64,000 bases of DNA from Perna viridis (taxonomy: Eukaryota). The notes under the pieces were generated by a model that saw only the letters and a list, made by a program, of their open reading frames with translations, was not told the DNA's origin and did not search any database. This document shows, one piece after another, positions 55,472 through 64,000 of the stretch (position 1 is its first letter; the number at the start of each line of letters is the position of its first letter). The stretch is taken from NCBI GenBank assembly GCA_037379345.1, contig CM074515.1, forward strand, positions 45,699,743 to 45,763,742. The letters are read 5' to 3'. The position numbers were made by a program, and so were the translations under genes.

Positions 55472-55610
55472 GTAGGTTACATGTACGTGACCAGGTGACA
55501 AGAACAGGTAGTGAAGTACAAGGTAGGTTACCTGTACGTGACCAGGTGACAGGAACAGGTACTGGAGTACAAGGTAGGTTACATGTACGTGACCAGGCGA
55601 CAGGAACAGG
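55448..55610. repeat. 51-bp tandem repeat (x3) spanning an exon end and its splice donor
   Basis: caagaacaggtagtggagtacaag|gtaggttacatgtacgtgaccaggtga occurs three times. Confidence 0.95.
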
Positions 55611-57527
55611 AATATCATCACTACAGAAAATAGCATTGTGACTTTAAATCTTATGATCATTTTTTAAGAATTTGGCTTTGATTCTAATTATATAGTGAGA
55701 CAACGAATCTGCTTGATTCTGTTTTGATGTACAATTAAATGAACCTCGTTTAGAGGTTTTTGTTATCATTTCTATACCTTTCCTGTACAAAAACCTACAG
55801 TTTTGGAAATCAATGATGACATTAAATAAACTGTATTGTAAGGTACTTACTTGTGCTTGTTTGTATCCAGATTGAGTTCTAGCTAGCTTTGGCTTATAAA
55901 CAGGAACCAATTTCACAAAATCATAAGTGTTAAGTTAATCAACAGAAAATATCATTGTGACATCATTAGTTATGATTGATTTTACACTTGTGACTTTTTA
56001 GGAAATCGACTGCTGGCTCTGTGGCTATAAAAACTTTAAAAATTACTTATGATTGAAAATATTCATAACTGATTTTAATAATAAAATCAAAAGCTTTTGA
56101 TTTGATTTACCATAGAATTCAAGAATATTCAAGTTTTGTGACACCAGGGTCTTTTATCTAATATGTGTATCATACAGATAAGATTATGTAAACAAACCTT
56201 AATTCAGTTCCTGACTCTGCAGGGCACCATCTTGGCTTTCAATGTGGAGTTTGAGTTCTAAACAGCTCTGATTAGTTAAATTGAATTTAATTAGCAAAAA
56301 CCTGATTCTTAGATGGGATTTTGTTGATTAAATCAGTTGTGAAAACAAGAAAGAATGAAGTATTAGTTGAATTATTTTCTGGAAATGTAAATGATTCACA
56401 GACCGTTCACCAGGTGGCACTTACACAGTAAACTTTTATGTAGGTATCACGAGAAATAAAGGATACCGGTAGTAACTCATCCAAAAAAAAACAATAGGGT
56501 GAAGGAAGGTGTGAAAAAGGATAAGATAAAACATTCAACCAGTTGAACTTCATTTTGGGATCTAATTGTAAAAATTTTCAATGGAAATTTCTGCATAGTG
56601 TTTCTTAGTGTGTAAAAAGAAACACTAAGTTATGTTCTGACTGGGGTCATTGCCTGAATTATAAGCATAACAGACATCTGTGTCTATGGGCTTTTTTCTT
56701 TGCTTACAAACATCATGTTTATTTACAATAGAACTCAAAATTATGTGAAATTACTTTTGATGTAATATTGAATCCCATTGGCTCTATCATAAAACAAATG
56801 TTCTTTCTTTAAGTACACTTTCCTTATAGCATGGTAATTTACAAGTTGATCAAATTGTGGAAATAGGTTCTTTATTTTAATATTGATGAATAGCTCTCTC
56901 TCTTATGAACTTTTTAATCTTATTTTCATTAATAGTAGAATAAGGTTGAAGACTGTTTGTACTTTCTCTTTATTTTCTTTTTTAATGATATGATTTCATT
57001 AGAGTACTATTTTTCCCTGGCCAGAGAAAGTTCAAGATTTTATAGGCCATGCTTTCTAATTTGATCCAGTTTTATGGGACTGGATCTTTTATATATTTAG
57101 TTGAGATTGAACCCATAGTTCACTCCAAAATAATCTTTGTCGGAACTCATGTTTACCTTATACTCCCATGCATGCACTCAATGAGTTGATGATATATTTG
57201 AACCACCTTGTCTGTCTATCCGTCTGCCAAAATTTATGTCACAAAATAAAAATTTTGGAAACCACTTTACAGAATGATTTAAACTTTGTTGTGTGGTGTT
57301 ATATAGATGGGAGGTACATTGTTTGCCATCTGATATCAACTCCCTGTTTTCTTGGACCATTTTCATTGTATAGAATGATAAAGAAAAGTATTGTCAGAAA
57401 ACAATTTCAAATTAGATATGTGGCTTTATATAGACAGGGCTTATTTGGAATTTAAATTGTAGCCCATTATCAACTTCCGTATGAGTGGGATATACCTAGC
57501 ATGGCATTGCATGCAACTTCATGTTCA

Positions 57528-57712
57528 ACTTATGTTGTGAAGCTGACTGCTTGAACACTTTTGTTTTGAAACTGACTGCTGGAACACTTTTGTTTTGAAA
57601 CTGACTGCTGGAACACTTTTGTTTTAAAACTGGCTGTTTGAACACTTATGTTGTGAAACTGACTGCCGGAACACTTATGTTGTGAAACTGACTGCTGGAA
57701 CACTTGTGCTGG
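57528..57712. repeat. 29-bp tandem repeat (actgactgctggaacacttttgttttgaa), ~6 units
   Basis: Periodicity visible directly. Confidence 0.9.
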
Positions 57713-58855
57713 AATATACAGGTGTTTTATTAATCAGGTTTTACTGTAATGAAGTGTAACTCCTGTAAATTCCTTGCAAACATTTATGAATAATTAATTT
57801 AAATATATTGACAGAAAGGAGCTATGTAGCTTTAGGCATGCTTATTCATTTAAAAGTCTAAATTAGTTTTCTCTGATTTACAGCCTGCATTGTGCAGTGT
57901 TTCCTGCTATTAACTGAAAATAGTCTAGTTTATTAGAATTTGAAGTACAGAAAAGGCACAATTTCATGAACAATTTTTAAAAAAATAATTTTCTTGGTAA
58001 CAATAGTAAGAACTGATGTTGTTTGTTTTTCATTCTACATTTTCTATATGGCTGTAGTTTACAGCTTTCTCTACTTTTGTTCTCTTATAGATTATATATT
58101 TGTTTTGACTGCATAATAACATTTTTTTTTGTTTTGTTATTTTAATTACAATGATGACATTTGAATGGTAATTTTAGGTCAGAAGGTTGGAGGTCAAGGT
58201 AAATGTTACTTTCAACAGATTTTTGTAATTTAAGGAAACAATTAAATATGATCAATGTTCTCAAATCCACTATTTCTGTTAATTTTAATGCTTCATTTTC
58301 ATATCCAACCAGCAGTGGTGCCCTGGGTAAATGATTGTTTCTGTTAGTGCATTTGTCAATTCTTTAATCATTTAAGTTTGTATTGTAGAAAGATGAAGAT
58401 GGTGTCATCTTGTTACACATGCACTCTGTGCTATGATCTATTGTTAACTAAAGCAATTTTATGTTCTGACTGTGAAATGCCATGCAGGGCTTTAGTGTCT
58501 CTTTGACAGTTTCCTTTCCAATTTTGTTGTGTTGCCTAAAGATGTTTTTTGTTGGCTTTAATCTATGTATTAGTTATATTGTCATATTCAGGGTTTTATT
58601 TTGGTTAGTCCAGCTTCTGGTTTTGAAAGCTGAAATATTTATGCTTACTATGTAGACATGTTGTTGAAATTAAAAAAAACACACAAAATTAATTTTACAT
58701 TTGGTTTAAATGTACTTATGTTCTATTTTTATTAACATTCCTTCTGTCATATTAAGGTACACCATCTCTCTGTCTGTCTGTCCACACATGTAGACAGTAG
58801 CTCAATATTGACAGAACATGTGCTTCAGTTACAGCTGTTTACAAGCAATACAGTT

Positions 58856-58977
58856 CTATTTTCAGTCCAAACTTCATGTTTTTTTTTCTATTTTCAGTCC
58901 AGGCGTCATGGTTTTTTACTATTTTCAGTCCTGGCTTCATGGTTTTTTTTCTATTTTCAGTCCAGACTTCATGGTTT
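58856..58977. repeat. 31-32-bp tandem repeat (x4) spanning a splice acceptor and exon start
   Basis: ctattttcAG|tccagacttcatggttt variants, with AGs ending at 58865, 58897, 58928 and 58960. Confidence 0.95.
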
Positions 58978-59035
58978 AGAAGAACAAGAGGAAGAATCAA
59001 GGAGAAAACTTGTCCAACTTGAATTGCTGAAAAAG
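58961..59035 (+). CDS. LRRCC1: LRRCC1-like exon: SRLHGLEEQEEESRRKLVQLELLKK
   Basis: ttttcAG acceptor (last of four tandem copies), AAG|GTATT donor, phase 0/0. Confidence 0.87.
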
Positions 59036-59654
59036 GTATTCTCTAATTTTGCTTCAATTTTCATACCGCTTGACCGGTGTGGAAAAAAATGTTCTCATCA
59101 CTAATGACTTTTTTATTCTCAGAGTTCAATTGGCTTAGAAATTGATTGTCTTGGACTCCATCTTGAATCGCCTCGATTGCTATTGTAGTTATATGTCAGT
59201 TAAATGAGATAATTTTGGTGTTTTCTTACATTAAATAAAAATTATGAAGGGACTTGGGAAGATTTGAAGTGAAAAAAACCTTTGAAATCATCTGGTTTCT
59301 TTTGTTTGGAATGTTCGCGTTTGTGTGACGTCAACATGTTTCCTACAAATCGGAATCATAACGTTTCGCACGCCATTCATTTTTCGGTATTTTTTACGTT
59401 TTTAGGGCATTAGAGAAACAGAATCTAAACCCAAAGCTTGTTTAGTATGAATTTATCCCATCTCGTGAAATAAATTTTATAGTTTGAATAGCTTGGCAAG
59501 CCTCGCGACCAAAACTATAAAATTTATTTCATTCGATGTGAGAAATTCCATAATCAACTCGTTATCGTTGTAGATTCTTTATGTCTATTATTATGATATA
59601 TTTTGTTTGGTTGGTTGTATTTACCTGTATCAATCGACAGTGAAAGCAGATCAG

Positions 59655-59967
59655 AAACCAACTCTTTGTGTTCATCCCTCATGCAAAACCAACTCTATGT
59701 GTTCATCCCTCATGCAAAACCAACTCTATGTGTTCATCCCTCATGCAAAACCAACTCTTTGTGTTCATCCCTCATGCGAAAACAACTCTATGTATTCATC
59801 CCTCATGTGAAACCAACTCTATGTGTTCATTCCTCATGTGAAACCAACTCTATGTGGTCATCTCTCATGCGAAACCAATTCTTTGTGTTCATCCCTCACG
59901 CAACACCAACTCTATGTGTTCATCCCTCATGCGAAACCAACTGTATGTGTTCATCCTTCATACGAAA
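59655..59967. repeat. 31-bp minisatellite (aaaccaactctatgtgttcatccctcatgca), ~10 units
   Basis: Periodicity visible directly. Explains ORFs 59603, 59607 and 59854. Confidence 0.95.
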
Positions 59968-59970
59968 GGC

Positions 59971-60183
59971 TACTGTAAACGTAATCATTTTTTTTTACGG
60001 TGTATCAATTTTCGCTATATTCGCGATGAACAGAACACTGCCAAAAATAGTACACACGAAACTGATTTTTTACACTATATAGCACAACTTATTTTTTTGT
60101 AACCATGAAAATTGATACCTATGAATATGTTTACTTGACAGAATCCGCGAAAATTAGCAACCATGAAAAATATGTTTACAGTA
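59971..60183 (+). mobile_element. TA-flanked MITE, same family as 25130-25301
   Basis: tactgtaaac ... gtttacagta termini and a shared interior. Confidence 0.75.
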
Positions 60184-60991
60184 CTTACTTAATTGTAGGT
60201 TTGTTAACCTCCTTGTCAATTCTATTGGATCTTGAGTTGATGGAGGTATATACTTTGTGTAAACTGTGTTGAATAAATATTGTTTTTATTTTGAATAAAC
60301 TTTAATGTATATTATTTCAAGATGTTGATATCATATCATTGGGAAATTTATCACCATTTACACTTACATGATTAGGTAACCAAAGCATTTTTATGAGTCT
60401 GTCCTTTGACTGACATAATATACAACTTATGTTTTTGTGGAAGTCCATGTCAGATTTTATGAAATTGACCAAAACTATAGGCTATCATTGTGATATTAGA
60501 CTTTACAGATTGCCACGTGTCAACATTAATCCAATGGAAATTTTTAAATAAAAACGTTATGTTATAATTATCATGGCAAACACATCAACTTAAATTTTCA
60601 AAAAAAAATATTTAAATTACAGTATTTTTCATGGTTTATGTCCTTTTTTGAAAAATGTAAAAACAGGATTACCGGGTATATATGAAGTGACCAGGATTAC
60701 ACTAAGATAAATAGAAGCAATCGTATAACACTGCCCAATTTAAAAAAAAAGTTAAACAAAAGTATTTTGGTGGATGCTTAATGGCTTACTGCAGACTGTC
60801 TTTCTGGCCACATTTCATATAACTCAATTGCATTTAAATAATCTGTGATACAATGTTTTGATGGATGAAAGCTCCCTTCAGTTTTTTATGGTCTTCCCAG
60901 TTTGTATAGACACATTCACTCACAATAATAAGGGGGAATACATATTTTTCTGATATTATTTTACATAATTTTCAAACATTTACTATTACAG

Positions 60992-61091
60992 GACAAGACC
61001 AAACTGTTAGCTCAAGTGGAGGCCCAAGACTCAGTCATCAGTGGACTAAAAGCCGAGAGAAAACTATGGGGTCAAGAATTAGCACAGCAAG
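60992..61091 (+). CDS. LRRCC1: LRRCC1-like exon: DKTKLLAQVEAQDSVISGLKAERKLWGQELAQQ(G)
   Basis: ttacAG acceptor, G|GTAAAT donor. GLxxERKxWGxELAQQG is a strongly conserved LRRCC1 motif. Confidence 0.93.
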
Positions 61092-63524
61092 GTAAATATT
61101 GTAGAAACCTAGGAAATGAGTTACCTCCCTTTAATCTTGAGACCTATATTAGGTTAGCATACTTACTTTTGTTCCTGTTTTATTACTTGGAGTTCAAGTA
61201 TGGATTTTTTAATGAAAAAAATGGATCTTATTCAGTATTAATTGTTTTGATTATAGTCTCTAAGAAATTCCATTCTACCACAAGAACTAGCACAGTAAGG
61301 TAATACAGGAAACTAGTTACCTACCATTAAGAATGAAACCTATATAAAGTTAATATACTTTCTATATAATCTGTTTTTGCTTTTTTCATTTTGTAATATG
61401 GTTTCTTGAATGACAAAAATATCTCAATGCACTAATGGTGTTTAAGAAAAACAATGTTTTAATTAACAGTGGCGGATCCACCCCTCCTTTTTATTGGAAA
61501 TTTGTCATTTTCATGTGTAAAATAGACAAAAAATTGTAAATTATGTCCTAGCACCCCCCTTTTTCAGAGAAACCCCTGCTGGCATTCCTCATTTTGCAAA
61601 GTGTCTGGATCAGCCCCTGTTTAATGTCTCAACTTCAAACAAAATCTATTTCACATTACCTTCTGCAGTATGTTATAGTATGGCTTGTTATCTGTGTTAA
61701 TTACATAACATCAAGAAGGTCTCATAATGTAGGCACAGTATCTGTGTAATATGTAACTTCCAAGATTATAATGCTTCATACTTAGGTGGGATTTTACCTA
61801 CCACAGTATGATATCATAGTTATGATTTAATAGGAGTTTTGGGATTCTTACATTTTATGTCGTATTGTAGTGGCAGACTTAGTTCAGCAATTAGTAGCAT
61901 TTTTTTTTATCCTAATCCTTGCTGCAATATTTTAATGTTATTTATCTGCAATGCTTCCTGTTCTGTTAATAGGACAGATATTTAGAACTCTCTAGACCTT
62001 GCTTGCTTGGGCCTCCTATTTCATCGCCAATACTTCCTGTGCTGTTAAGAGGACTGGTATTTAGAACTCTCTAGACCGTGCTGGCAATGCTTTCTGTTCA
62101 GTTCATAAGACAGGTTCATTTATTCACAACTCTCTAGCCCGTGCTTAGCTTGGGCTTCCTTTAATATTGGTACTGCTTCCTGTTCTGTTAATAAAACAGA
62201 AATTTATGACTAGATAGACATCTTGACCAGCCACGTCACTACCAGCAAGGTTACTGATAAATTTCAATTAAAAATCTACTTAATAGTTATAGAAACACCT
62301 GATCACCCTAAACACTACCATCAATATTTATTTTTTTTATCAGAAGCAAGAGTTTTATGTATTGAAGGATTTTAGCTATCCTTGAGAGAGAAAAAATGTG
62401 TACGATTTTTTTATTCTGTGGTAAAAAAAGTGTGTTAATTTCTTTTTTTTATCTGTACTATAGATTTATAACATTTTCACTTCCTTATTGCTCTGTTTAG
62501 AATACCAGTATAAAAAGCCTTAAAGTTTTTCACTTCTGACTTGATTATATGTAATTTATCAATTCAATAGTTGAAAAAATATTAAATTCTATTTCTACAA
62601 TTTTCTTAAGATATGGTTTTAAATTATACTGTTATTGAGGAGAAAGTAAAATATATTAGTCATTGTATTTCTTAAAAAGGTGTCCAATCTCCTTCAATTA
62701 GACTTTTTAAAAACCTCAAAAAAAATTGTAATGTTCCCAATGAAATGCATTATGATAAAGGGAGATATAATCATTATTCATTATTATATTGTATATTTGC
62801 ACATTTTTCAAAATCATTGAAATCATTGTATTAATTTGCTCTACCTGAGAGGGTCCATGATTGGCCAATAAAACTCTCTTATATATCTTATATCTTATAC
62901 CCCGGTATATTCATGGAAATGATCAGCACACCAACAGTTGAGAATTGGACTTTTCTTTAGATCAACATGATATGTTGTACACTCCCATTGTGTAAAATTT
63001 GGTGACAAAATGATGTACTATTATTATACCCCAACTCAGCAAGTAGGTGATGTATTGGAGTCACCTTGTCCCTCCGTCCATCCGGCTGTCGTTCAGTCTA
63101 TCCAAATTTTATTGCAATTATCATGACTCCCAATGGATAGATTAATTTCAGATTTAATGTGTGGGTTCGTGCGTTTGGCGTATACATTGTTAGCGACTTT
63201 GGGTGTTGTCAGATATCAGCTTCCTATTTCTTGGAACTTTGCTATTTTAAATAATTGGAAAAATAAATAAAATTTTCATCACAAAAATCTCAGCTTCCAA
63301 TGGATGGATTGATTTCAAATTTTGTGTGTAACTTCATACAGCTTAAATTGAATGAAGTAACATTAATCTCACCAATTTGTAAAAAATAAGCAATCTTTCA
63401 TTTTCTAAGCATTCTAGTACCAATGATTACTTAAGTTTAGAGGACATCGATAAAATTGTATAACCAATCATGTTCCTGATATTGTAGCAAATAAATATGT
63501 TTAAAACTCAAGTTTATGTATATT

Positions 63525-63934
63525 TCATTTGTTTTTGTTACTTTGTGCGTGTGATTTTAGTTACTTTATGTTCTTTGTTGCGTATGTCTGTTTTCCATGT
63601 CTGGTCTTTGTCCCTGGATTACATTCTTTTGATTACCGCTATAACCTTGGTTTCCTTGATTACTCCTTGATTACCGCTATAACCTTGGTTCCCTTGATTA
63701 CTCTTTGATTACCTCTATAACCTTGGTTCCCGTGATTACTCTTTGATTACCTCTATAACCTTGGTTCCCTTGATTACTCTTTGATTACCTCTATAACCTT
63801 GGTTCCCTTGATTACTCCTTGATTACCGCTATAACCTTGGTTCCATTGATTACTCCTTGATTACCGCTATCACTTTGGTTCCCTTGATTACTCCTTGATT
63901 ACCTCTATAACCTCGGTTCCCGTGATTACTCTTT
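63525..63934 (+). mobile_element. Penelope-like 3' tail with its terminal 38-bp unit amplified 8 times, abutting an exon acceptor
   Basis: 63525-63670 matches 43668-43810. gattaccgctataaccttggttcccttgattactcttt recurs at 63631, 63669, 63707 ... 63897. Confidence 0.88.
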
Positions 63935-63937
63935 CAG

Positions 63938-64000
63938 GTGCATCATTAGCTCAGGATCGAGGGAGACTAGAAGCTAAAATTGAAGCTCAGAATTCTGAGA
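63938..64000 (+). CDS. LRRCC1: LRRCC1-like exon, truncated by the window end: (G)ASLAQDRGRLEAKIEAQNSE
   Basis: tttcAG acceptor at 63936-37, phase-1 start matches the previous exon, SLAQxRGxLEAxI motif. Confidence 0.9.

Overview
AT-rich eukaryotic (animal) genomic DNA. The repeat landscape looks like a bivalve mollusc, possibly a mytilid; this is an inference from recall. The window holds the internal part of one + strand, multi-exon gene whose 12 visible coding exons (19323-64000) splice in register, with GT-AG introns and compatible phases. They encode a coiled-coil protein matching the C-terminal half of LRRCC1/CLERC. The N-terminal LRR exons lie upstream of the window and the last exon runs off its right end. 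The introns contain non-autonomous DNA transposons (TTAA-, TTA- and TA-target families), Helentron/HINE-like elements, palindromic foldback elements, 3' fragments of a Penelope-like retroelement, a SINE-like retroposon and many minisatellites. Nearly all entries in the ORF track are spurious. The main observations are: (1) a retroelement tail inserted 3 nt before an LRRCC1 exon that now supplies the acceptor's pyrimidine tract and a ~375-nt AG-free zone; (2) tandem duplications of splice donors or acceptors at three consecutive exons; (3) a TSD-flanked retroposon whose 5' end can form a compact H-type pseudoknot instead of a tRNA head; (4) minisatellites repeatedly seeded from transposon ends. 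No prokaryotic-type system (CRISPR, operon) is supported.
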